Assembly (NCBI GenBank): GCA_001803165.1
Contig: MHAZ01000016.1
Coordinates: 23,219 to 87,218 of the forward strand
Source: Stygiobacter sp. RIFOXYC2_FULL_38_25
Lineage (GTDB): Bacteria; Bacteroidota; Ignavibacteria; Ignavibacteriales; Melioribacteraceae
Reading direction: 5' to 3'
DNA: 64,000 nucleotides
Shown here: in pieces, positions 10,163 through 19,005 of the stretch
How positions within the stretch are numbered: position 1 is the stretch's first letter
How the letters are laid out: every line of letters starts with the position of its first letter
Position numbers and translations under genes: made by a program
Notes under the pieces: model-generated
The model's input: the letters and a program-made list of their open reading frames with translations, nothing else
Databases searched by the model: none
What the model was told of the DNA's origin: nothing

Positions 10163-11668
10163 TTATTTAGGAATATCTAAGCCAACGAGACGGCTGTTAC
10201 CTTTATCATCTACAACTTTAAGAAGGACTGCTTTACCTTTGTTATTATCAAAAATAGATTGTAATTCAGAAGCTGTATTTACTGCTTTTCTTGCAGCAGA
10301 AACAATCACAAGTCCCGGTTGTAAACTTTGGTTGTATGCCTTTCCAAATTGTTTTACATCATTAATCAAAACACCGGAATCAACTTTGTATTCTTCTTTT
10401 TCATCATCTGTAAGAGTTTTTACTTTCATTCCCAAACTTTCAAAGTTGATTTCGCGGGCATCTACATCCTTTCCTTTCTTATCCTTCAAAGCTGTTTTAA
10501 CAGTTTTAGTTTCTCCATCATCATCATTTGCTTTCAAGGTTACATAACGTTCTACTTTCTTTTCATCGCGGTAGATTGTTAAGCGGACGGATGTTCCGGC
10601 TCTCTTGGTTGCTATATAAGATTGTAATTCATTAGGCTGATTAACTTCTTTGTCATCAACTTTTAGAATTACATCACCTTCTTTAATATCTGCTTTAGAT
10701 GCCGCGCCATCTTCAACTAAACTTTGAACCATTACACCTTTCGGCTCATCAAGACCAATTGATTTTGCAGTTTGTGCATCCAACGGAGAAATTTGAACAC
10801 CTATGTAACCGCGGTTAACCTTTCCGTGAGCAATTAAATCGTTAGCAACAGATTTAGCTAAGTTGATTGGAATAGCAAATCCGTAACCAATATAGCTTTG
10901 AGAAAATCCGCTTGTTGCTATGGCTGAGTTTACACCAATTACACCACCGTTTAGATCAACTAAAGCGCCACCACTATTACCCGGGTTAATTGCCGCATCA
11001 GTTTGAATGAAATTATTGATTTTATAATCACCTTTGTTAATCCCAATATCTCTACCAACTGCACTTACAATTCCCGCAGTAACAGTTGAAGCCAACGACA
11101 GAGGGTTACCAATTGCCATTACCCACTGCCCAACTTTTATTTTGTCAGAATCGCCAAGAAATGCGAGAGGTAAATTCTTAGCATCAATTTTAATTACAGC
11201 CAAGTCTGTTGATTTGTCTGTGCCAACAACTGTGGCTTCAAATTCCCGGTTATCATGCAGAGTAACACTAACACTTTTTGCATCCTCAACAACGTGGTTG
11301 TTAGTTAGAATGTAACCATCTTCCGAAATAATAATACCGCTGCCGCCACCCTGCTGCTCTTGTGGAGTATCATCCTTAAATTGGAAAAAATTATGAAACC
11401 GTTCCGGAAGTCCTCCCATAGAGTTCTTTGCTTTGGATACAACTGTAATCTGTACAATTGATGGAGTAACTTTTTCAGCAACTTGAACAAAAGCGTTGTT
11501 AAACGCAGCCGCATCAGCATTAAGTTGAGCTACTGGCGGATTATCGGCCCCAATTTTAACATCGCCGTAGCTTGGTCTTACCCAGCCAAATCCGGAAACA
11601 AGTACCGCCCCAAAAACAATCCCGATGAACACCAATGCAAGTGTTCCAAGAATATTCTTCTTACGCAT
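10163..11668 (-). CDS. degQ: HtrA/DegQ (Do family) serine endoprotease with two PDZ domains
   Basis: GGSGIII, TNNHVV (His), DLAVIK (Asp), TDAAINPGNSGGAL (Ser); N-terminal TM or signal. Confidence 0.92.
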   Translation of the reverse strand: MRKKNILGTLALVFIGIVFGAVLVSGFGWVRPSYGDVKIGADNPPVAQLNADAAAFNNAFVQVAEKVTPSIVQITVVSKAKNSMGGLPERFHNFFQFKDDTPQEQQGGGSGIIISEDGYILTNNHVVEDAKSVSVTLHDNREFEATVVGTDKSTDLAVIKIDAKNLPLAFLGDSDKIKVGQWVMAIGNPLSLASTVTAGIVSAVGRDIGINKGDYKINNFIQTDAAINPGNSGGALVDLNGGVIGVNSAIATSGFSQSYIGYGFAIPINLAKSVANDLIAHGKVNRGYIGVQISPLDAQTAKSIGLDEPKGVMVQSLVEDGAASKADIKEGDVILKVDDKEVNQPNELQSYIATKRAGTSVRLTIYRDEKKVERYVTLKANDDDGETKTVKTALKDKKGKDVDAREINFESLGMKVKTLTDDEKEEYKVDSGVLINDVKQFGKAYNQSLQPGLVIVSAARKAVNTASELQSIFDNNKGKAVLLKVVDDKGNSRLVGLDIPK

Positions 11669-11685
11669 TTTTATCTCCTTTACTT

Positions 11686-12420
11686 CTAAATTTTAATTGA
11701 TTTGAGACCCTTAAACTCACCAACATTGTAAGCTAAAAACTTTTCCAATAAAACGAGGACTGTGTTCAAATCCTCTTCCGAGTAAGAACAAGGGCTTTTT
11801 TTTGTGTTTAGACAAAAAAGCAATTCAAAAAGTTCCTCTGAGAAATTAAAATTTGTGAGTCTATCAGCCCGGCAATCCGTGCATATCAAGCCGGTTTCAA
11901 AGTTAAATGATGCTTGCTCGCCTCTCACAATTTCTCTGCCGCAAATGTTACAGCGCTCAAGTTGAAACTCGTAACCCAGCTCTTTCAAGAAAAAGAAAAA
12001 GTATTTGGCAAACAAATACTTCGGGTTATCATTTGATGAATCAATCAAGGAAAGGATTTTCACACTTCCTTCAAAAAGTTTTGGATGAGGCTCACTTTCG
12101 GTAATCATAGTTGCCAGCAGTTCGATTACCGCGGATGCAAAACGGTATTTTTCAAAGTCATCCCGGATGCTTGAGAAGTGTTTAATCAAATCAACCTGGC
12201 TAACTAGCTGAACCTCCCGTGTGTCTTTCTTGTAAAGAACCAACTCTACAACATTTAATAAGTCAATTGCTAAACCGGTTTTGGATTTTGGAGATTTAGC
12301 ACCCTTAACCATAGCAGAAAGTTTTCCATACTCTTCAGTAAAGAAATGTGCAATCCGGCTAGTATCGCCAAAATCAAGCCGGCGTAGAACAATCGCTCTG
12401 GTTTTTACAATTTCAGACAT
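11686..12420 (-). CDS. recO: DNA repair protein RecO
   Basis: AIVLRRLDFGDTSRIAHFFTEEYGKL OB fold; CNIC...CTDC zinc finger. Confidence 0.92.
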   Translation of the reverse strand: MSEIVKTRAIVLRRLDFGDTSRIAHFFTEEYGKLSAMVKGAKSPKSKTGLAIDLLNVVELVLYKKDTREVQLVSQVDLIKHFSSIRDDFEKYRFASAVIELLATMITESEPHPKLFEGSVKILSLIDSSNDNPKYLFAKYFFFFLKELGYEFQLERCNICGREIVRGEQASFNFETGLICTDCRADRLTNFNFSEELFELLFCLNTKKSPCSYSEEDLNTVLVLLEKFLAYNVGEFKGLKSIKI

Positions 12421-13424
12421 TAAAAATTAAACGGTGGTTTGTGAACTTCTAGTTCTGTTATGATAGCCATGATAAGATTATTTGGCGTTACATCAAACGC
12501 CGGACAGTAAGCCGGATAATTTTCTTTTGTAATTTGAGTGCCACGAACTTGCGCCAATTCTAAATTACTTCTCAATTCAATTTTAATTTCGGAACCGCTT
12601 CGGCAAGCTTTGTCAATTGTAGTTGATGGCGCAGCAATGTAAAAAGGAATTTTATGATAATGACAAAGAACCGCCAAATTGTAAGTTCCAATCTTGTTCG
12701 CAGAATCTCCATTAGCAGCAATCCTATCCGCGCCGGTTATTACCAAATCAACTTTGCCTTGCTGCATTAAAACGGCCGCGGTGGAATCTGTGTTAAATGA
12801 AAATGGAATACTAAGCTTGTCTAATTCCCAAGCCGTTAAGCGCGAACCTTGAAACAAAGGACGTGTTTCATCGGCATAGACATGTTCTATTAGACCGTTA
12901 TCAAAAGCTGTCCTAATAATATTCAGCGCGGTTCCATTCCCGCCGGTTGCAAGTGCGCCGGTATGGCAATGAGTTAAAACTCTACTCTTCTTAGTAAATA
13001 TTTGTAAACCGTTTTGCGCAATCTTCGAACAAAGTTGTTTGTCTTCTTCATGAATTGAAATTGCTTTTTGAATCAACACTTCCGGCAATCTCTCTTTAGA
13101 CTTATTCATTTCAAAAACTTTTTTCATTTCATCTAAAGCGTAGAAAAGATTTACGGCAGTAGGACGCGTCCTAGCAAGCCTTTTATATGATTCTTCAAAA
13201 ATTTGCGAATAATCTTTTGAGTTAGCTTTACTTACCACAATTGCAAGTGCGTAAGCGGCGGTAACACCAATAGCCGGGGCGCCGCGTACTTCCAAACGTT
13301 CAATTGCAACCGCTATTCTTTCCAAATTGTCCGTTACAATTTTTACTTCTTCGAAAGGAAGCTTAGTCTGATCTATGATATGAAGTTTGCCGTATTTATA
13401 TTCTACGGCTTGTAGCGTATTCAT
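12420..13424 (-). CDS. mtnA: S-methyl-5-thioribose-1-phosphate isomerase
   Basis: VRGAPAIG, RPTAVNL, LTHC, ETRP, GADRIAANGDSANKIGTY, PAFDVTP. Confidence 0.92.
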   Translation of the reverse strand: MNTLQAVEYKYGKLHIIDQTKLPFEEVKIVTDNLERIAVAIERLEVRGAPAIGVTAAYALAIVVSKANSKDYSQIFEESYKRLARTRPTAVNLFYALDEMKKVFEMNKSKERLPEVLIQKAISIHEEDKQLCSKIAQNGLQIFTKKSRVLTHCHTGALATGGNGTALNIIRTAFDNGLIEHVYADETRPLFQGSRLTAWELDKLSIPFSFNTDSTAAVLMQQGKVDLVITGADRIAANGDSANKIGTYNLAVLCHYHKIPFYIAAPSTTIDKACRSGSEIKIELRSNLELAQVRGTQITKENYPAYCPAFDVTPNNLIMAIITELEVHKPPFNF

Positions 13425-13449
13425 CGTTGATTATAGTAAATGCATGCCG

Positions 13450-13518
13450 GTCATCTTGAGCGAAGTCGAAAGATGGCAAAACAATTCATTAGCACACCTC
13501 GACTCCGCTCGGTGTGAC
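13450..13518. repeat. Inverted pair of REP-like hairpins with a conserved 12-nt loop
   Basis: GT-CATCTT-GAGCGAAGTCGA-AAGATG (13450-13475, +) and GT-CACACC-GAGCGGAGTCGA-GGTGTG (13518-13493, -). Confidence 0.8.
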
Positions 13519-13534
13519 TGTATTATAATACTGC

Positions 13535-14443
13535 TTAATCGAAACTTGATAATTCTCTAAACTCAACAAATCTATTTTTGATTTCTAAATAGCTGAGATT
13601 TTCCAATCCCTTTGTACTGAATTTTTCTACACAGAACGAAGCCATAATGCTTCCGTAAATTACCGCGCGTTTAAGATTTTCAAACGAGAGTTCCATATTC
13701 TTGTGAAGATATCCGGTGAATCCACCTGCGAATGCATCTCCGGCACCGGTTGGATCAAAAATATTTTCCATTGGATAAGCCGGCGCTGAGAATACTTGGT
13801 TCTCTCCAAACAACAACGCACCATGCTCGCCTTTTTTAATGATTAAATATTTCGGACCCATATCGGAAATTATCTTGGCAGCCTTGATAAGATTTGGTTC
13901 CTTAGAAAGCAGTCTCGCTTCAGAATCATTAATTATGAGAACATTTACGCGCCCCAAAACTTTCTTTAAATCATCAAGAGCGCCGTTAATCCAGAAGTTC
14001 ATTGTATCGCAGACTATAAATTTTGGATTGTCCAACTGCTCAAGCACGCTCGTTTGAAGCTTAGGTGCAATGTTGCCAAGGATTACAAAGCTTGCTTTTT
14101 TATTTTTGTCCGGAATAATCGGATTAAAGCTTTCGAATACATTGAGGTCGGTGAAAAGCGAATCGCGCGTATTAAGATCATAATGGTATCGGCAGCCGTA
14201 ACGAAATGTTTTTCCCCCTTCTACAATCTGTAATCCTTCATGATCAATATTGTGATCTTCCAACATTTTGATATGATCTTTCGAGAAATCATCGCCAACA
14301 ACTCCAACTATGCTTACGGGTCCGGTAAAATAACTTGCAGCAAGCGCAATGTAAGTTGTAGAGCCGCCGAGCGCGCCTTCAATTTTATCAAACGGTGTTT
14401 CAATATCATCTAATCCTATTGAGCCAACAATTAATAGTCCCAC
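13535..14443 (-). CDS. PfkB/ribokinase-family carbohydrate or nucleoside kinase
   Basis: GSIGLDDIETP, LGGSTTY, INDSEA, DPTGAGDAFAGGF (PfkB signature). Confidence 0.9.
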   Translation of the reverse strand: MGLLIVGSIGLDDIETPFDKIEGALGGSTTYIALAASYFTGPVSIVGVVGDDFSKDHIKMLEDHNIDHEGLQIVEGGKTFRYGCRYHYDLNTRDSLFTDLNVFESFNPIIPDKNKKASFVILGNIAPKLQTSVLEQLDNPKFIVCDTMNFWINGALDDLKKVLGRVNVLIINDSEARLLSKEPNLIKAAKIISDMGPKYLIIKKGEHGALLFGENQVFSAPAYPMENIFDPTGAGDAFAGGFTGYLHKNMELSFENLKRAVIYGSIMASFCVEKFSTKGLENLSYLEIKNRFVEFRELSSFD

Positions 14444-14495
14444 ACTTTCCTCTCGTTATTTTTATGGGCGAAATATAAGTAAAGTAGCTTTCTTT

Positions 14496-14966
14496 TCAGA
14501 TTGCCGATAAATCTATTTCTACAAACTTGAGAAAACTATTTTTCTCAGTAAAATATTCGTGAATTGTTTCAACAGCCTCTCTCTGCCCTTTCCAAGCTAA
14601 ATGATTTTTCGCCTCACCCTTCTTCAACCATTTGAATTCAGAATGTTCCGGAGAAATTTTCACTTGGGACTTTGGATTCACAACGGCAGCAAAAACCGGT
14701 ATCAAGCAAACCTCATCTCTCTCCGCAGAATAAAAAGAGTTGACTTGCGGTGCAACCCAAAACATCTCCGGTGTTAATCCTGTTTCCTCATCTATTTCCC
14801 GAAGAGCGGTTTGAAAACCTTTTTCGCCGGATTCAATTGAGCCGGTAACCATTTGCCAAAGGTTCGGATATTTTTCTCCCTCTGCTCTTTTCAGCAGTAA
14901 AAATTCAAGCTCTTCATTTACTAACCTAAAAACGTGAGCTTCTATAAGTGTTGAAACTATTTTCAT
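14496..14966 (-). CDS. NUDIX hydrolase (NudB/dihydroneopterin triphosphate pyrophosphatase-like)
   Basis: Nudix box GSIESGEKGFQTALREIDEETGL preceded by LWQMVT. Start refined to MKIVST (14966). Confidence 0.85.
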   Translation of the reverse strand: MKIVSTLIEAHVFRLVNEELEFLLLKRAEGEKYPNLWQMVTGSIESGEKGFQTALREIDEETGLTPEMFWVAPQVNSFYSAERDEVCLIPVFAAVVNPKSQVKISPEHSEFKWLKKGEAKNHLAWKGQREAVETIHEYFTEKNSFLKFVEIDLSAI

Positions 14967-15015
14967 AATTGCACCTTGCAAGAGTTTAGCTGTAAAGATT
15001 ACAAATTAAAGTTCT

Positions 15016-15050
15016 GCCATGTTGAGTCTTGTTTTGCGAAACGAAACATC
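15016..15050 (+). repeat. Degenerate third copy of the 13.45 kb hairpin family
   Basis: GC-CATGTT-GAG(tcttgtttt)GCGAAACGA-AACAT, i.e. a related loop with an extra insert. Confidence 0.4.
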
Positions 15051-15220
15051 TCCTATAAATGTTACAAACAGATTCAACTCAGCCGTTGGCGCTTGGGCGT
15101 TAACCTAATTTTATATGATTTTTTAGATCTGTTTGATTGAGCTATGAAAATATAGGGAAACAAATCTTCTTTATTACTTTTGTTTGTATTACCTTATTTT
15201 TTTTACCGGGAATAACATAA

Positions 15221-15364
15221 CATCCCTAAAGGGATTATTTGTTGGTGGTATAAATTGCTATATATATTTCATCCCTATCGGGATGAATTGCTCATAATCC
15301 CGGAGGGATTAGATATTTATAGAAGAAAGAATAAATAAAACAAAAATCCCTTTAGGGATGAAAT
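15221..15364. repeat. BIME-like composite: two inverted bipartite REP units (four small hairpins)
   Basis: CATCCCTAAAGGGATT (15221) ~21 nt CTATATATATTTCATCCCTATCGGGATG; mirrored by AATCCCGGAGGGATTAGATATTTATAG ... AATCCCTTTAGGGATGAAAT (to 15364). Confidence 0.8.
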
Positions 15365-15485
15365 CAAAAGCCCTCTTTTGTTATATGTACAAGACTTCAG
15401 TAATCTGCCAAATTCCAATTTCTGTTGGAGAATATTTTCTTAAGTGACACCTAAGCACTGTTGCGGAATCATGATAACAAATCAA

Positions 15486-18400
15486 TCAAAAATATGCTTT
15501 AGCTTCTGCACGCATGGTGTGGATTACACGGCTGCTGCCAAGCTTTCTTGCATCGTAACTTACAGATGTTTGTATTAAGCTTGATACTCGGAAATCAAAA
15601 AAGGCTCTCCAAAAATAATTTTTGCCAATCACATTTCCGCGAAGAACTTCAAAAGGAATGTTGTAATCGGCAGAAGAAGAAGTCAGTTCTGTGCGTTCCA
15701 CTTCAACTCGAAGCCTTCCGGTATTTTCAAAAGAATAAGTCGAGCGAAGAATGAACGAATTCAAATCAACAGTTGAAGGTTTTGCCGGATACTGATCTAA
15801 ACTTCTGGCAACTTCAAACTTGAAGCCAACTTCCACTTCGCGAATCGGCCGGTAACTAAAATCTGAAACGAAACTGCTTTTAGAAATTTCTCTTGCCCGG
15901 CTTGTCGAAACGGGCGAAATCATATTATCTACTTGACTGATAAAATCAGTTTGGTTGTTAATTTCTTCAACCATCTTAAAACGAATTCTAAGCGAGCGCT
16001 CACGCAAATAGCCGCGCTCTACTCCGCCGGAATATTGATTAAGCGATCTGCGCTGGTTGTATCTAAGCCGGAAAGACAAATCGCTATTGTTCTGAAAAAT
16101 ATTCATGTCTTGCTGGAAATAATTTGTGCCCCGTATTGTGTTAGTTTCATTCAAGAACTTGGCAAAGTTTAGCAAGTAAATATCTTTTGTAAGCGGATCT
16201 TTCGAGTTTTCCTCTACACGCCAAAATGTTTCTGTTGAAATGGATTTGGCAAGTTTCGGCAAGAAGCCATCGCCTTCAACCAGACGGTTGAAATCAAGTT
16301 TCCACCTCGTGTTTGTTTTGAGATCAATTACCGGGAAGAGTTTATCAGTAGGAATAGTAACAAGAACAAAATCTGCTTCATAGAGTGAAAGTTGGAACTC
16401 ACCCTCTTCCGGAATTCCATTATTGTTTTGATCACCGAGATAAATATAATTTCCGGTGCCAACCGGCACTTTCACGAACACCTTTTCCAGTTTAGCTGAT
16501 TGCTCTGTTGCAGCTTGGTAATAAAGCTCTCCACTCAAAAAGTTATTCAGCAGATTTACACGGCTCTGAGAAAGCAAGAGAATTGTTTCATTGTTTCCAA
16601 AACCAAGCAGCTTGAATTCATCGGTGTAAGATTTGTTTCTGAAAGTAAGATTGAGACTTGTAGTAAACTCCTTGATCCCTCGATAGTTGATTTGATATTG
16701 CTGCGTTAGCGCGCCGGATTGCTTAACCAGTTTTCCGCTTAAAGGAAACGATTCCTCTCGGTAACCAATGTTGGCTTTTACATCAAAGCTTGATAAAGCG
16801 GCATACTGAATGAATGGAGACATCTCCAAATAACGTAAACTTGTTGAGCTGAGTAACCCTGTTGCGGTATTTTCCTCTAATTTATCTTCTTGTAAATAAT
16901 CTAACCCAGTTGTAAAATCACCGATAGACAAATTCGCATTACTGTTTTGTCTAATCCATTTTGATTCCAGCAGATGATTCTTAGTTGCAACATAGTCGAA
17001 AGTATAATTAGCTGAAAACGACTTTGGAATTGAGTACTTGAGCTGATTTAAAAATCTATCTGATCGAAACGACTCACCTTGTTTCAAGAAGCCATATTTG
17101 GAAGTGAGATTCAGATTTTGAGTTGGTTCAAGTGTTAGCTGAACTTCTCTAAGTATTTGATCTCCGCCCGAAACACTGATATTATAGTTCCTACCAAACT
17201 CAACATCATCAATTCTATCCAGCGAAGAATATTTCGATTCGATCAAACGGTCTTTGTAGCTAAAGCCAATCTTGCCAAGCGAAATTTCTGCAATAGAGAC
17301 TTCTTGTGGTTCAAAATTGAAATTGAATTTTCTCGCATAGCCGAAATTTTGAGAATCGTTTGAATCGGAAATTTTGTTTTTGTCCCATGAGCTGGCAGAA
17401 AGTTCTGCATTAATCGAAATACCTTTAGCTAAACTATAGCTGAGAGCCAAGTTTCCAAGACGCTTCTGTTCAGGCATTGGCAAGTAAGTGATTGGCAGAT
17501 AAGAACCAACTTTAATTCCAACAAATTTATATCTGCCTAAACTTTCTTTTAAGTAATCGCCGTTGCCATCACCAACATAAGTGAATGAAACATTGTAAAC
17601 AGATTGTTGATCGTTCGGCAAATATTTGTAGTAAGAGAAGTTTTGCTGATTAATCAGAGTATCAATTATAAGATAGTTGCCTTGCGTTCTTCCAAGCGAA
17701 TCTAACGGCGCAATTGAAACTCCGCTAATCACCGCTTTATTTCTATCGTTTCCCGCTTCCCTCAAAATTTTTAATTGTTCATCTGTGTAGGAAAAATCAA
17801 TCGGACTATTTTCATCATCACCTTCTTGAAAATAACTCACACCAATCTTTAGTTTATCGCTAAATAATTTTGTGGTAAAGTCTGCACCAAGAAAATTTCT
17901 TTTGAATTTTTGATCTGTGTATTCAAACTCAACAGTTATTCTGCTTGCGGAGGTAATAAGTCTTTTAGCGGTAAAAGTAACTTCCGCGTTTGAGTAATCA
18001 ATCACATAATCATTGTTCTCGCCCCGCTTCATTGGTGCACCGTCAACAAAAACTTTCTCACTTCCGGCAATCACAAAAATTGCGCGCTCATTATTTGCAC
18101 CGCTTAATCTGTATGGACCTTGATTGCCATCTTGTCCTTGCAGCAAATTAGAATTGTATTTTCCGCGTGAACCGGCAATGGCAACTTTTCCCTTTGTTTC
18201 ATCGAACTTAAATTCTCCTTGCAAGCCTTGTAGCTTGCGCGTTATCTGCGCGAATTCCGATTCGCGAAGGTTGAATTCATAATCGCCAAACGTTCCCACA
18301 GCATTTTTATGTTTGAGCTCGATAAAAACTTTATCAAGCTCATCGAGCGTTTCGGTGTTTCCTTCCGGCTGAATTGGAGTGTTCTCATCAGAAAGCGCGG

Positions 18401-18938
18401 CAACTAAATCTATATCGTCCGAAAGCTTTCCGGTTAACTGCAATCGCAAACCGCTGTTCAAAGTAAAGTCGCGGTTGGTTCCAATTGTAAATCCACGCAC
18501 AAGCGCGCCGCTCTTTTGCAAATCTTTTCCAAAAATTGATTCGGCATTTAATGTTGTATTGCGTGACTTTGCAAAGCGAAGCGTATCGAGAGTTTTTTCA
18601 TCTAAGCGAATTTCCATATTCCGATGCTTGTACTCATCTTTCAAATTTACTTTTATGGATTTGTAAGTGATGATAAGCGTATCCAGCAAAGAATAATTTA
18701 GCTGCGAACTGAGTTTGAACTCGCCGGAGGAATAATTAGCCAGATAATCATTTCGGTTTAACTGCCTGTTGCCAAGAAAAACTTTTTCTGAGAATGGAAT
18801 AATGTTTAACTGAGAAATCTTGTAGGAATTTCTAAGGTTTATTCTAAGTGAGTCTTTAACTTCTCTACTCTGCGAGAAATGCAAAGTAGGAACTAAAAGT
18901 TGTAGAAGTATTAGAAAAACAACTGAGTTCTTATTCAA
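15486..18938 (-). CDS. Uncharacterised 1150-aa outer-membrane beta-barrel protein with SprA/Sov-like motifs
   Basis: Signal peptide, beta-strand-rich C-terminal two-thirds, terminal AKAYF (BAM-type signal), two copies of an SEKVF...DY..(D/N)Y motif. TTG start. Confidence 0.65.
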   Translation of the reverse strand: MNKNSVVFLILLQLLVPTLHFSQSREVKDSLRINLRNSYKISQLNIIPFSEKVFLGNRQLNRNDYLANYSSGEFKLSSQLNYSLLDTLIITYKSIKVNLKDEYKHRNMEIRLDEKTLDTLRFAKSRNTTLNAESIFGKDLQKSGALVRGFTIGTNRDFTLNSGLRLQLTGKLSDDIDLVAALSDENTPIQPEGNTETLDELDKVFIELKHKNAVGTFGDYEFNLRESEFAQITRKLQGLQGEFKFDETKGKVAIAGSRGKYNSNLLQGQDGNQGPYRLSGANNERAIFVIAGSEKVFVDGAPMKRGENNDYVIDYSNAEVTFTAKRLITSASRITVEFEYTDQKFKRNFLGADFTTKLFSDKLKIGVSYFQEGDDENSPIDFSYTDEQLKILREAGNDRNKAVISGVSIAPLDSLGRTQGNYLIIDTLINQQNFSYYKYLPNDQQSVYNVSFTYVGDGNGDYLKESLGRYKFVGIKVGSYLPITYLPMPEQKRLGNLALSYSLAKGISINAELSASSWDKNKISDSNDSQNFGYARKFNFNFEPQEVSIAEISLGKIGFSYKDRLIESKYSSLDRIDDVEFGRNYNISVSGGDQILREVQLTLEPTQNLNLTSKYGFLKQGESFRSDRFLNQLKYSIPKSFSANYTFDYVATKNHLLESKWIRQNSNANLSIGDFTTGLDYLQEDKLEENTATGLLSSTSLRYLEMSPFIQYAALSSFDVKANIGYREESFPLSGKLVKQSGALTQQYQINYRGIKEFTTSLNLTFRNKSYTDEFKLLGFGNNETILLLSQSRVNLLNNFLSGELYYQAATEQSAKLEKVFVKVPVGTGNYIYLGDQNNNGIPEEGEFQLSLYEADFVLVTIPTDKLFPVIDLKTNTRWKLDFNRLVEGDGFLPKLAKSISTETFWRVEENSKDPLTKDIYLLNFAKFLNETNTIRGTNYFQQDMNIFQNNSDLSFRLRYNQRRSLNQYSGGVERGYLRERSLRIRFKMVEEINNQTDFISQVDNMISPVSTSRAREISKSSFVSDFSYRPIREVEVGFKFEVARSLDQYPAKPSTVDLNSFILRSTYSFENTGRLRVEVERTELTSSSADYNIPFEVLRGNVIGKNYFWRAFFDFRVSSLIQTSVSYDARKLGSSRVIHTMRAEAKAYF

Positions 18939-19005
18939 TGATTTGCTAAGTTATTATCTGTAGAAACAAATCTATACGAGAACTCCCTTTCTTTCAACCA
19001 TAATA

